DNA of 64,000 nt from Lama glama (Eukaryota). Position numbers and translations under genes: made by a program. The stretch lies in assembly GCA_028534125.1 (NCBI GenBank), contig CM052824.1, positions 60,202,001 through 60,266,000 on the forward strand. Reading direction: 5' to 3'. This document shows positions 12,270-26,349 of this stretch, in pieces. The notes below the pieces were generated by a model. The model had not been told where the DNA came from. It searched no databases and worked only from the letters and a program-made list of their open reading frames with translations. Every line of letters begins with the position of its first letter. The first letter of the stretch is position 1.

Positions 12270-14690
12270 GGGGCCCTGTAGGGAACTGAGTGTTCACCAC
12301 CACTCAGAGGCAGCGAGGTGATGTTTGTAGGTGCTTGCATTCCCCAGGAAGGTTTAGTGCGGCTGAGAGGCGAGCTGAGCCTCTGCTCCGCCTGTCTGAA
12401 AGCTGCGTGAGTTGCTGGGGAGGTGTCAGTGGGCCCGTTGCCGAACCCTGGCCCGCCCACCCGCCCAGCCCTCGTGCTCCACCTCGACCAAGGGGACTGC
12501 CTGCTACAAACAGATGAAATAGGATCCAGAGTTCCAGGCTCTACAAAACGTCTGGGGAAAAACAGAAAATCAGTCATCCTACCGAGAACCAGGAAAATCG
12601 TAACGTGGATGAGAAAAGACAATCAACAGATGTGATCGCTGGAGCAGATGGAGGTGAATCCGATGTTGGAATTATCTGGGCAAAGGCTTTCGAGCAGCCG
12701 TCGTAAAAAGGGGTTCAGCAAGCGATTACGAATTCCCTTGAGACAAAGCAAACAGGAAACTCTCAGCAAAGAATTAGAAGTTACAGAAAGAGAGCCGAGT
12801 GGAAATCACCAAACTGAAAAGCACAGCTCAAGTAAAAAGAAATGTGTTGGAAAGGCTCAACACTGAAAAAATACAAAACATAGTCGGATTTGTTTAGCTG
12901 GAAAAGTTTTGAAATAGAGTGTGTTGACAGAGGAGAGGATCACCGGCTTTCAGGACAGGTGGATAGAATTTGTCCAACCTGAAGACAGGGGAAGCAGACT
13001 GGAAAATGAACAGAGTCGCAGGGGCCCGTGGGACAGTAAGAAAACAGCAGACTTTGGTGTCCCTAGAGACCCAGAAGGGGAGAAGAGGAAGTGGACTTTA
13101 AAAACATAAGAAATACTAGCACCAACCTCCCCAGGTTTGGCCAAAGACACGTGCACAGATTCAAGAGGCTGGATAAACCCCAAATAGGGTAAATACAAAG
13201 ACAGCCATGCCAAGCCACGTCGTAATTAAACTTCTGGAAACTGAAGACCATGGAAAACTCTTGAAAGCAGCAGGGACAAACGACACACGACCTGTAGGGG
13301 AACACCAGTCAAATAACAGGATTTTTGATCTGGCCCCCCAGAGGCCACGGAGAAGGAACCAGCATTCGTCAACTGCTGAAAGAAAACGGCTAACTGTGAA
13401 TTCTGTGCCCAGTGAATACACCCTTCAGGGATGACAAGGAGGTAAAGACTTGCTCAGGGAATTTGTCCCTAGCAAACCGATCCTTCAAGAACTGCTAAGA
13501 AAGTCCGCTAAACAGAAAGGAAATAGCAGAGGGCAGCTTGGAACCGAAGTTCTAAGGGCGGAAGGACATGGCATCGGGCCAAAGTAGCGGTGAGCATGCT
13601 AGACTATCCTCGTGAGTTTCTGAAATCACTTGAGGATTGAAGGGAAAACGTAAGACAAGTCTATTTAAAAGCTGGCAGGATAAAGTGACTTAAACACACT
13701 CCACTTCAAGCAGAAAAACGTTACTCCCAGTGGGTGGTGGCGGCGGCCCAGAGCAATCACCAAGAAGGCAACACAAAGCAATGCCCCTAAAACCTTATCA
13801 ATAAGTCGAGATGGAAGCCTGCAAGGTGTTCAGGTGACCCACGGGAGGGGTTAGCCAGACCAGGAAGCCGAATGCTGAGACACGGAGGTTTGCAGCAGCG
13901 AAAAGGCTGATTCACAACGCACCAACCAAGGAGAAGGGAGACCCAGTCTCAGCTCTGCCTCCCCAAAGCCGGGGGTTGGAGGTACTTATAGGATAAAGGA
14001 GCAGGGTGGTCTCAGGTGTGGGGCAAGGCGATGGGAGGTCGGGAAGGGGTGAGATAACCGCTGTTCTGTGCAGGTGTGTCTGAGTTACTGCCTCCTCGTG
14101 GGACACATGTGCAAAAATGGCGGCTCTTAGCATGACCGGACGGGGGAGTGTTTGGTCCTCTGACGTCAAAGGCTCATTCATCAAACACCTGCTCAGCCCC
14201 GCTTTAGGGTCCGTGGTCCCAACCAGTCTCAGCCAGCTTGGGCTCAAACTAGGCACAGCTGGTTCCAAGCTCTCGGCCAGCAACTCCCGCATCTTACTGT
14301 TCGGGCTGCGTGGAAAGGAAGTGCAGCTTGCAACAGAATAGCTAAGGCAGCGCAGGCAGGCGACAGGAGGGGTTTATAACCAGGTGAGAGGTAAGTTCGA
14401 GACCTGCTGTTAGTCACCAGCCTGTTTGCCCTGTGGGGCGCGGTGACAAAGGGAAGAGAGGAGAAACGGGAACGAGAAACAGGCGAACAAGCAGAAAACA
14501 GCAGAATGGAACTCATTGCTGTAAATGTGAACCGTCTGCATCCGCCGATTAAAGGGCAGAAATTGGCGGGGCTTTTCAAATGGCCCACGACATGCCGTCT
14601 TCAGCACACCATACACACAGCTCAAATGTGACATAGTTTAAGGGTAAAAGGCTGGGAAAAGACACGCCAGGCCAACATTAAATGCACACC
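12270..14690 (+). mobile_element. Ancient LINE-1 remnant (L1MD-like): 5' region, ORF1, inter-ORF and start of ORF2, interrupted by an LTR
   Basis: A-rich plus strand. ORF1-like peptides such as PSHVVIKLLETEDHGKLLKAA (13207+; compare PRHIIIKL..KEKILKAAR) and the ORF2 endonuclease start IAVNVNRLHPPIKGQKLA...TTCRLQHT (14500-14631; compare ITLNVNGLNSPIKRQRL...ICCLQET). Many stops and frameshifts. Confidence 0.85.
13849..14448 (-). mobile_element. ERV1-type solo LTR inserted in the L1 inter-ORF region
   Basis: About 600-bp non-L1 insert; L1 sequence resumes on both sides. The right end gtgaca reads TGTCAC on the minus strand, and there is a near-identical 4-bp target-site duplication gagg (13845-48) / aagg (14449-52). 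It contains YY1 AAAATGGCGGC (14114-24) and CRE TGACGTCA (14161-68). Confidence 0.75.
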
Positions 14691-15571
14691 AGCACACGCG
14701 ATTCAGATCGACGGCTTTACCTCCTTCAGGCTGAATTTCTTTAGGAAAATGGTCTCAAAGAACATTTTTCCCTCCACCTGAACTACATCCCCCCCAGCCT
14801 GTGTCTCCCCGCCTTTCCGCACGTGCTCGCAACCTGTAAACACGCACATTCACGCACGTGTGTACCACCAACGTGCACGGTACGCTTGAAAAAACGCCCC
14901 TTTGTCAGAAAAGGGGGGATTCGCTTTACAAAGGCATCTCTGAGTTCTCCACCTCTCTCCTAATAATATTTTGCGAGAATTCCACCCCCTCAACGTGGAA
15001 AAATTCCCTTGATGCATAATTTATTCGAACATGACTTTGTTGATGGCCCTGAACTTTGTCTCCAGCGCTCACCCCTACACGATGCTGTAAACAGCTTTGA
15101 AAGGAAAAACAGACAGACACAGCGCAACGATCAAGGAGAGGTGCTGACGCTCAAACTCCCGCCAGGGCAGAGCCCTCACAGAGGCCTGAACGCACGGCCG
15201 CCTCCGCCCCTGCCCGGCCCCCCAGCCCGGGACGGGGCCGCAGCCCGCTCGGCTGCCCGGCCTCCTGAAAGCAGAGCAGGAGCCCTGCTGCGCTCCTCCA
15301 GGCACAGGCTTCGTGCCCCCAGCACAGGGCGGCGCTCCTGCTTGCTCCCGCCCGGCTCCTGGCCGATCTAGGAGGCAGAGTCCAGGTCCCGCCGGACCAA
15401 GCTCTGGGCACGAGGCCGGGGCCCCCGCTTTGGGTGCACAGTGTGCAGACGGACACAGCCTCAACTCAGAACCCAGAAGGGGGGGTCAGAACCACCAAAA
15501 AGAGATTCTTATTCTGCTGCTCCCTCGGATGAACCGAGCCCGACACGGCCGAAGACTGCACCGTTTTGTCT

Positions 15572-15577
15572 TTTATT
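15572..15577 (-). terminator. Polyadenylation signal AATAAA of ACTRT2
   Basis: Plus-strand TTTATT at 15572-15577 reads AATAAA on the minus strand, ~66 nt after the stop codon, followed by a GU-containing downstream stretch. Confidence 0.8.
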
Positions 15578-15643
15578 GAACGCCCTGGGGATGCTGAGCA
15601 GGGAGCCCGCGTCCCACCACGGCTGCTCCGGGAGCAGGGCCCC

Positions 15644-16804
<1,161 letters not shown>

Positions 16805-16979
16805 TCAAAATAGAGTCGGGAGTCTCTCAGGCCCCTTTGTGATGGAAGAGGCTCCTCTGGAAGCTTCGAGGGCACAGGGTTCTACGTTCCTGGGGCGTCT
16901 CCCAGGCAGGGCAACTATACGGCCGGTCCCCGGGCACCCTGCATCCTCACCCACAGGTGTGCTCTCCTCTCAGGAAGCC

Positions 16980-17050
16980 CGGGCCGCTGAGGCCTTTTCA
17001 GGGACGACCGTCCCTATGTAACAATCCAGCAAGGCAACAATTGTCCTCCA
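16980..17050 (-). promoter_or_regulatory. Candidate ACTRT2 proximal promoter (RFX X-box-like and SOX motifs)
   Basis: About 230-270 bp upstream of the ATG: GTCCCTATGTAAC 17010-17022 (X-box-like), GGCAAC 17033-17038, AACAAT 17020-17025 and 17036-17041, palindrome ACAATTGT 17037-17044. The TSS cannot be determined from sequence. Confidence 0.45.
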
Positions 17051-20000
17051 CCAGCATCAGCGGGCCTGCAGGGGAGGGGGCCCGGAGCCTGTGCCCCCCC
17101 CACCTGCTGAGACTCCAAACGAGGCGGCAGGCCCTGCCCGAGGACAGTGTTGATGGGCTTGTGGGCCTGAGGGCTACTAGCCTTAGAACCCAGTGAAGCA
17201 CCCAGCTGGGGCCAGCCCATAAAGCTGGCGTCTCTGACCCTCTGAGCAGCCATCTGGAGAGTGACAAACACTTTCCTTTGCTAAAGGGGATGCCCAAGAC
17301 CCAGGCACAGGTCCAGGCTGAGGGGCCGGGGAAAGCCCACTGCTCCTTCACGGCAGAACATTCTTTAATGCAGACTCCTCCAGGAAGCTCTCAGGGATTT
17401 CTTCTCTCTTTACCCCATGATCCCTTACTTGGCTGCACAGAGTAGACGCTAAACAGAGCCCTTTGAGTCTGTTGGCTCTCTCTCCCAGCACACGTATCCC
17501 TGCTCTGGCTTGAGATCAGGGCCCCCTTTGCTCTCTGCAGCCCCGGAAGCACTGGCACAAGCAATATCTCAGTGGTCCATGGGGTTGCAGACCCAGTGGC
17601 CTGTGAAAACAGGGATCTGAGGTTTCACGAGGGGGCAGCGCCGATCAGAGCCTGCCTCTGGCCCATCACACAGTTGGTAAAGCCCCCTGAAGCACGTTCA
17701 CAAATTACCAGGTCACCAAGGCTGAGGTTGGGAGGGAGGCCGGGAGGCGGTGAGGCTGCAGTCTAGCCAAGCCCAGGAGGGGCCAGGCAGAGGGGTGAGC
17801 TCCCGCCTCCTGGAGGAGCCGCGCCAGCAGCACCGGCACTCAGCCTGGGCTGGTTTCCAACTTGGGGGAGGACAGCGGGAGCGGTCAGACCTGGGAACCA
17901 GGGCCGCCTTTTTTCTGGAGCAGGGTGGAGCTGGTCCTAGAGAAGAAGATGCTCCCGTGATGGTCTTCCTTCCGGTGACATCCACAATCACCCTCCAGGC
18001 CAGCTCCCACTCTTCCAGGAAGCTCTCCCAGAGGACCGCCTCCCGGGCGCCTCCCACACCCCTCACTCCTTCTCCTGCTGGCCTCCTTTGCATGTCCTGC
18101 AGACCCTTCAAAACCCACCAGCAAACAATGGGTAAGTGCTGGCCGTGTGCCATTGATGCTGGTGGGGATGGTCAGCAGAACGTGGCGTCTTGGGGGTCCC
18201 AGACCGCTGGCATCACAGAAGCGCCGTGCACACAGGTTCTCGGGCTCTGCTGGAGCTCTCTCACTGTTGCCCGACACTCCGGGCTGAATCAGGAGGAATG
18301 TGAACTCAAGGTTTCTGGATTTTGGCCCTAAAAGTGGCCCACATGGATGGCGATGTGGCTGCACCGGGGTGGGGAGGTCACACACCGGGTCAGGGTGCTT
18401 GGGTATGTTCTGGGGGCCCCAAGCTTGGGCACCAGGTGTTTGCAAGAAGGACAGAGAAGGGAGACAACAAAGGCTCACACAGAGTTCAGACTGACCGGCT
18501 GGGGGTGGGGGTGCTCTGAGGCCACACCACACCGGCTGCTGTGACAGCACACAGTAACCTGGCTCGGGTCCAACACACAGCCCCCTCCCCATCTTCCATG
18601 GGCCTGGGGTGCACAGCACCCCAGAAGTAAGGTCCAGTCCCTGCCACTGGATGCAACCTGTGGTGGGCAGTCTTCTGTCCATCCGTGAGCCCTGCCCGTC
18701 CCAGACACGCTCAGACCCTCGAGGACAGAGCTGTGGAAGCCAGGCCGGCCATCTCAGCTGTGCTCCCAGCAATGTCATCTGAGGGTTTCCAGGATCCTTG
18801 TCCTGAACGTTCGCACTCTCCCCGCTGATCCTGGGCAGCAGGCTGCCCTCTGCCCTGGCCCTGGCACCCAGCCCCTCCTGGCCACCTGTGGCAGCCGTAG
18901 GGGGGCAGGGTGGGCCCCAGGATGTGGTCATCGCTTTGGTCCTCTCTGCTCACTTGGGAGGAGCACCCCCGCCGCAGGCCAGCTCCCTGCCACCATTTCT
19001 GGGTTTGCTGTCAGAGCCCCACCCCGGGCGCGGGGAAGGCGCCTGCTCCCCTGTCAAGGGTCTGATCCGGCTGGCGGGTTGCCCACTGCCTGGAGAGAGG
19101 CAGGAGGGCTCTGAAGACCCCACCTCCGAGAAGTGGGGTCCTCCCAGGTGGCCGCTGCGGAGATCAGTGGGTTTAGGAGCTCCGTGAGGCTGTGCTGGTA
19201 CCAAGCCCCTCCTGGCCCCGCCCTGCCCCCCTCCTCCCCCCAGGCTGCTGCCCATCACAGAAGCGCCTCCACCCCTCCGGCCACCTGGGTGCGGACGTCT
19301 CGGGGGGCCACGCGTATCTCGGCGCAGGAGTCCTCGGCCATGTCCATCCTTGCCACTTCAGTGGGTGCGGCGTTCTGCGCCAGACTCACACGTAGCTGCG
19401 TGTTCGCCGCAAGGGCTTGGTTTGCCGTTAGCGCGAGGAGGTTCTCCCGGCTCCAGCCAGAAGCCTCCGTCGGGGCCGCCCCACCCCCACCCGCCCCCCC
19501 ACCCGCCAGCCACACCTTGTGAGTCGTTGGGGCGAGTCTATGGGAGAAGCGGCTGTAACTCCATCTCCCTCCGCAGGGCAGGGCTCAGGCCGCTATTACC
19601 CGGGAGGGCCTCCGTTTCCGCCCCGTGCAGGAGGGCTCGCTCTTATTTCTGCTCCAGTGGTCGCGCCCAGCGGCAGCCGCCCCAGCTCCCACGCGGCCCC
19701 CACTGCCCAGGCCCCTGATGGGGATGGACAGCTACTGGGCAGCCTTGGGCAGCTGCCAGGCATTTGGACTTGGGAGTGGGCAGCCCCGGGTCTGCTGGAC
19801 AACCCTGCTTCCCACTGCCCTGGCTGCTGGGCCCGGGCCACCCAAGCCCTGAGCCGGGGCTGCCCTGTCTGTCCCGCCGTCCCTCGTTCCATCTGTCACT
19901 GGCGCCCAGGGCTTCAGCCAATTAGTGACCAACAGACTGAGCTCACTAGTGCTGCCTGACATCTGGTGGCTGGATCCTGCGTGCAGAGGCCTGGTCCAGT

Positions 20001-20250
20001 CGAACTGGTCGGCAGCCCGGAGGCTGTAGATGGCAGATGGGCACTGCTTGTGCACGTGAGAATGCGGGCAGGTTTGAGGGAGCTTGTGGGAGTCCAGGGG
20101 CCATGAGTGCTTGCAGGATGCCCCCAGCAATGGCTTCTCTTCTACCCCTCTGCCCCGGGCGTTTCCAGAGGATCCCAGAGCCCTGAGCACTCTTCCTGGC
20201 AGCCTAGCCCCTTGGAATCTCTCACATGGAACTTGTGTCACCTACCCATT

Positions 20251-20409
20251 NNNNNNNNNNNNNNNNNNNNNNNNNNNNNNNNNNNNNNNNNNNNNNNNNN
20301 NNNNNNNNNNNNNNNNNNNNNNNNNNNNNNNNNNNNNNNNNNNNNNNNNNNNNNNNNNNNNNNNNNNNNNNNNNNNNNNNNNNNNNNNNNNNNNNNNNNN
20401 NNNNNNNNN
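20251..20409. other. Assembly gap (159 N) within a (CCAT)n-type repeat
   Basis: N run; the right flank 20410-20545 is degenerate ccat/ccac/ctat tetranucleotide repeat. Confidence 0.98.
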
Positions 20410-23400
20410 CTGCTATCCACCCACCATCCACTCATCCATCTACCCGTCACCTACTCATTCACCCCTCCATCTATCCATCCAACGTCCTGTTTAACTATCT
20501 TCCCTACTCCCGTCCCTCCATCCTGCCCTTCCATCCACCTTTCCTTTCTCAGTATCGGAACTGAGCACCTCTCCTGTCTTTGTCCACCTCCTTCCTCGGT
20601 GACCTTTGGGCTTCAGCAGAGCCTTTTGGGGCCCCACAGTTGCCAGCCAGGCACCCACGAGCCCTGACTGCTCTGCTGTTCCCTTCCAGCCAGCTGCGTC
20701 AGAAATGACACCCTAGGTCACCCCCTCTCAGCCTCCCGCGAGGCTGGCTCATTCAGTGGGACTGGACGGGGCAGGCCCGGCCTCGCCGGCCGACGTGACA
20801 CCAGTGGACGTGCTCATGGAGCAGAAGGAAGGAACTGACACCAACCCAGCCCTTGGTGGGGCCGCCTGTGTTCAGCATCGCTGACTGGAGCCCCCACTAA
20901 GTGGTAAACTGAGGCAGGCCCGTGGGGGGAGGGGCAGCCTCTGGCCAGACCACCAGTTCCCCCCACCCCTGCTTTTTGTCCCTAACTCTCCTGGAGCTTT
21001 GGTCCTGGCGCAAATGTTTTAAAATATATTTTCGCTGGAGAAAAGTTGGAAAACACAAGGAAAGCATCACACAGCTTGCTTGGCCCCAGCTTGCTAAGCA
21101 CGGCTGGCATCTCGGAGTCAAGGCCAGACGGGGGTGCTGTGCGCGCACCTGACCGCTCACTGTCTTCCCGCGGCGCCAGGTCGACTCCCGCGCCGGTCCG
21201 TGCGGTCCGCAGCCTGCGGGTGCACCGGAGTGCTCCACAGTCGCTTCCGCTGGCCCGTGCTGCGGGGGTAGGGCCCGCAGCCCTCCCCGCCCCGGCCTGC
21301 ACGGGCGCCCTTTCTCTTGGCCGGCCTCCCTTTCCTCCGTCAGCCGTGGGGAGGGGCCAGGTGGAGGCCTTGTGCTCCAGGACCCACGCAGGGCTGGGCG
21401 GCCGCGCGGTTTCTCTTGCATTCCAGGGGCTCTCACTCACGTGTGGAACGGGGGGGTCCAGGTGGCCCCAGGGCTGGCTGGGAGAGGATCCTGGGCTGGC
21501 CACCCCTCACCTGTCCCAGCGGGACTCCTGTGGGTGTGTCCACGGCCTCGAGGGCCAGGCGTTTCCTTGTTCATCACTCATCTGTGTGGAGGGCGGCTGG
21601 GGAGGTGGGCAGTTATGGTGGGAGAATCTGGAGGGGCCTCAGACCACAGGGGCCCGGCCCTTCGACCACCTCTAGCTGCAGGTCCACAGCGGAGGGTTTG
21701 GGGGCCCTTGCTCTGGCTGCCAGCCCCCCACCCCTGCTCCCCAGCCCCGCCCCCACCGTGTCCCCCTGTCCCCAGGCCCCTGTCTAATCCTCCCCACACA
21801 ACCTTGCACACTGCCCCCTGACAGGGGCTGCGGGAGGCCCCTGGTCATTTCTTCCCAAAGTGACAACTGGCTTTTGTCAGGCAGGTGGCGGGCCCTCCGC
21901 GGCGCCCCTCCCTCCGCATTCTGGTTAGGATCTGACTGCATCATGGCCACGTCTGCATCTGGGCCTGGGGAGGCCGTGGCCGGTGGGTAGTGACCTGGGG
22001 CGGAGAGCGCTGTGACACCCATCCAGCCCCACAGCATCTAGGCCGCTGCTGCCACACATCCTGACCGCAGCTTGGAGGACACGCACCTCTGTGGCCGGTG
22101 GGAGGGGGCCCAGCCCCGCCCAGCCCGGCCCGGCCGAGACACAGCAGGCCTCCCTGGACAGGGCATGAGCCCCACCTGGGCACATGCTGGGCCGAGAGGC
22201 GGACCCTCACCTAAGGCAGGTGTGGCTGGAACCCCAGGACTGAGGTTCCGGGGACCCAGGTTCTGGATCCATCAGCCGGGGCAGGAGAGCCACGGCCTCC
22301 CTTCCGCACCTCCCGCCTTTATTCTTCTTTGTTCCGAAGGTAACAGGCTTTTGACTGGAAGCATCAAGGCAATGAACACTGTGAAAGCGACAGAGGAAGC
22401 CTCCTCCCCCGCCTCCCCAGCAGCGCGTCTCTGAGCGTGGCCTCAGCCACCGGAGCGGAATCCTCCATGTGCCTCCTGCGCACAAGTGGGGCGCGGCTAA
22501 AACCGCAGTACCTGCGGTCCCCGTCTCCCGGGGCTGCTGTGACCAAGGGCCACCGGCCAAGGGGCGGAAACAGCACGCACGTCTTGTCTCGCGGCTTCCG
22601 TGGGTCTGGAGTCCCGGTGTGGTGCCCCCAGCACAGCGGCCAGAGCCCCTGCCCGGGCTGCTGTCAGGCTGCGGGCCAGGCCGCGGTCTCGTCTGAGGGC
22701 TGGACGGGGGCAGCAAGGGGGGCTTTGCCTCCCAGCTCACACACGTGCTTGTGGGCCAGCCCCAGGTCCCCGGCACGGGGCTCCTCCCAGGACGCCCCAG
22801 GCCAGGGCGGCTAGCTTCCGTCGGAGAGGGCAATCCTGGGGGTGAGGGTGAGTGACCCCCCCGGAAGTGAATCTCAGGAAAGGCGCCCCGTCACCTCTGC
22901 TGCTTTCCGCTGGCCGGAAGGGAGGCGGCCCAGCGCAGAGGATGGGGGGGCATCTACGGACAGGCACATGGGCCGGGGGCCGGGGCTGGCCAGGGTCGCC
23001 CTGCAGGCTGCCCCCCGCGGCACTGACCAGCGCACCAGGCCTGGGGTGGACAGTCCGCCGCGGCAGCTCAGACCCCAGCACGGCCTCTCGCCCCTCAGTG
23101 TCTGAGGCTCAGCAGGAAGACCGCCTCCTGCTGGCGACTCGGGGCACTGCTGGAGTTGAAGGGAAAGGGGCCTGTGCCATTACAGGAGAGCAAGGGACAC
23201 GGGCCGGGCGGCAGGAGCCCCCAGGCCGGGGGCGGCCTCATTTACTTAGCACATTGCTGTTGCCAGTTCTTATTACTTCCCAATGTCACGTCCTGACCTA
23301 GGACATCCCGGACAACGGGACAACCGAGGGTGCCCTCCCCCTGCACCCACGTGAGCCCCTCGGCCGCCCTGGCCGTGGGGGGTGGCTGGCCCCTTGGACC

Positions 23401-24547
23401 ACCCCCCACCCTCGGCCGCCCAGGGAGCCCACTCGGTGTGGCCCTCCAAAAAGCAGTCTCCCGCCCCCTGCTGGCACCCCGCGGGAACCGCACGAGATCT
23501 GGGGGGTTTGGGGGGCGCGAGGGGGGCGGGGCGGGCGGGGGAACAAAGGAGGCTTGTTAGCTTCGTGGCAGGCAGGACATTGGGGGAGGAGGAAAAAAAT
23601 CAATGTTTGCTAAATAGGGGGGGGAAATCACCCTGCCTCAGTGGGGAAAGGTTTGTTTTCAAGTGTATTAAAGTGATCACCCAGAGGACAAGCGCAGCAC
23701 ATGAACAAGAGCGCAGCGCGCGCGCCCCCGCCCCGCCCCGCCCCCCCCCCCCCGCTGGACGCGCCGGGCTTTCAGTTTTAAATAGTTTATAACATTTCAG
23801 GGGCCGCGTCTAAGTGAGGGCAGTCCCTGGAGACGCTTGGCAGACCTCTGCATTTAGCCAGTGATAAATAACCAGGAGAGCGCAGGGCCCGGAAGGATCC
23901 CAGATTTAATTCAAATAATTTAAAATCTAATGTTGAAAGAGCTCTTTGCATCCATGGGCCGTGCTCATTTCCAGCTGGAGAAAGAAAAGGCTTTGTGTTC
24001 GGGGCGGGGGCAGGGGGAGAGGCTGCGAGCCCAGGGTTCGGGGACTAACCTCTTTACCATGTGCTGCCTCCGGCCAGCGAGCCGGCATTTCTCATCTGGC
24101 GAGTGGCAGGCATCGGCTCTGAAAGCCAGGCGTCGGGGGGAAGGCGATTTATCATCTCCGCGGAGCTTTGACTCCAGGTGAAAGGATTTTTGTCCACGGC
24201 GAGGTTGCCTCCTCGCCAGCCAGAGGTGGGGAGCGGAGGGGCTGCCCCTTCGCCGTGGATGCTCACCCCTCACCGACAGCTCAGGTTTTCAGATGGAGGC
24301 AACTGGAGGCCGATGCAGCCCCGCCACTGCGTCCGTGCTGCTGGCTCCGTGGCCCGGTCCCCGTCGTGGTGGGGGGCTGAGGCCCATGCGAGAAGGGAGC
24401 CCCCAGTGGGCCCCACCCCTTCCAGCCTGATCCACCCATCAGGAAGGCGTCCACGGGCCACCAGGAGACGGGTTCCAAGAGACAGGAATCCTGGCTGATG
24501 CAGGCCTGAGAATCCATGTTCAGTTTTAAGAGATCTGTAAGCCTGTG

Positions 24548-24970
24548 TGTTGTGGGGTGAACAGAGTCCCCCCAGGATTTCTGGCCACCCAGAACCTCAG
24601 AATATGGCCATGTTAAAAATAGGGTCCCTGCAGATGCGGTGAGAGGAGTTAAGATGAGGTCATGCTGTATTAGAATGGGCCTTAAGTCCAAAGACTGGTG
24701 TCCTCAGAGGAAGCGAAAACAGACATGGGGAGCTGCTCCCGTGGCCATGGAAGCAGGGAGGGGGTGACGGGTCTGCCAGCCAAGGACTGCCGGCGACCCC
24801 GGACGCTGGGGAGAGGCACGTCCCGGGTTCTGGCTCAGAGTCCCCAGGGGAATCAGCCCCACCCACATCTGGACTTGAGACATCTGGCCCCAGAACAGTG
24901 AGGCAGCAGGTGTCTGTGGTTTTCCGCCCCCAGTTGTGGAGTTTGTTGCAAGAGTTCCAGGAAGATGCAG
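24548..24970 (+). mobile_element. MaLR LTR, MLT1C-like
   Basis: tgttgtggggtgaacagagtcccccca...aatagggtccctgcagatg...gactggtgtcct...ggccccagaacagtgag...cccagttgtggagtttgtt is collinear with the recalled MLT1B/C consensus. Confidence 0.8.
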
Positions 24971-26349
24971 GGAGTTTCAGCTGCGTGGCCACAGCTTGCA
25001 TCCACCCACTGATGTCACGTAAACACAGGTACGTGCATCGCCACCGCCTCGCTGGGCTCCGTCCCGCCCCCGAGCCTGCTCCCAGGCGGCCCCACGGACA
25101 CATCTCTGCCGCAGCTTTCCCCGCCCCCCTCCGCACATCCGCGGGCGTGAAACTCTCCCAGCAGCTTGTCTTCCTGCAGTGACCCATTTTCCGGTCCTGA
25201 GAGCTATGATTTTTCTATTTTCAAGAGAATCCATGGGACCGCCTCTTAAAAGGCACCCAAAAGGCAGCATCTCATGTCAGAGTTCATTCCCGGCTTGGGT
25301 GGCAGACTTCTTGGAGTGTCTTGAAGGAGAGGAGGCTGGAGATGCTCTCGGCCGAGGGAGGCTGTCTCCCCAACCCCATCTCAGCCCCAGGTCCCATCCC
25401 ACTGTTCCCCCAGCAGCGTCAGATTCTGGGTAACTCGTAACAGATCGAGGATGTCAGGGCCCGGGGACACGATTTCTGTAGAAATTAAGCACTGTCACCC
25501 TTACTAAGAGGGAGACATTCCAGGGCACCTAGGAGATGGCTCCCAGGACAGCCAGACCATGGGGCTGAGAACTCGGGGGGTGGGCATCTGAGCAGACAGC
25601 CCGCCCCTCCAATCACTGGGGGTTCCTGACGTGGCGCAGAGAGAGCCGCAGCCCCCGTGCCCTCTCCTCCAGTGTTCACTCTGCCCAGCTCCCTCTGGGC
25701 TGCCAACCATCTCAGTGCTGGGAAATGGGCAGCTGGAGTCCATGGGGACTACAAGGGCCTGGCCCCGCCTGCTGCCCGGACAGGGAAGGCGGAGCCACGA
25801 TGGGAGAACCGTGAAAATGTGTGGACCAGCGGATGGCATTACTGCCTCCATCCACCAGGATCCAGCCCCGCCCAGATGGTGTCCAGCGGCCCGAGGCGGG
25901 CTGGAGCCGCCCGTTCTCCTATGCCAGCTCCCACCCTCGCCCCCGGCCCTCTCTACCCCTGACACTGGCCTTCCTCCAGTTCCTCAGGGTTGGGGGGCCT
26001 CGCCTCCCCAGTTTGCAGAAAGTTCCCTCCACATTCCCAGACGTTTGCACAAGGGCTCAGAGGGGCCTCCTGGACCACCGTCTCCCCTGTGCTGCCCAAC
26101 AGGGTGGCCACAGCCACCTGCGACCACGTCCACGACATGCATGGTAATTAAACGCTCAGTGCCCCAGGCCAGCGGGCAGGAGCCACATGTGGCTGGCGGC
26201 GGGCAGACTGGCCGCGCCGGGGCGGGTCTGCCCCCCAGGGCACGGAGGTCTGTGCACGGCGGCGTCTAGGCCATGCCTCCAGCTTGCTGCCCGCGTCCCT
26301 GACACGCCTGGTTAATTGGGTGCACGGATTTCTGACGTGAGCCCCAGTC

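Noticed and set aside
17885-18931. 348-aa minus-strand ORF upstream of ACTRT2
   Set aside because: Pro/Gly/Ala/Arg-rich, no domain, non-ATG start; stop-codon scarcity in GC-rich DNA explains its length.
19255-19515. Protein-like 86-aa minus ORF, or a possible Tigger-like fragment, in a CpG-rich patch
   Set aside because: No recognisable homology or convincing splice/start context; the similarity to a DNA transposon is too weak to call without an HMM search.
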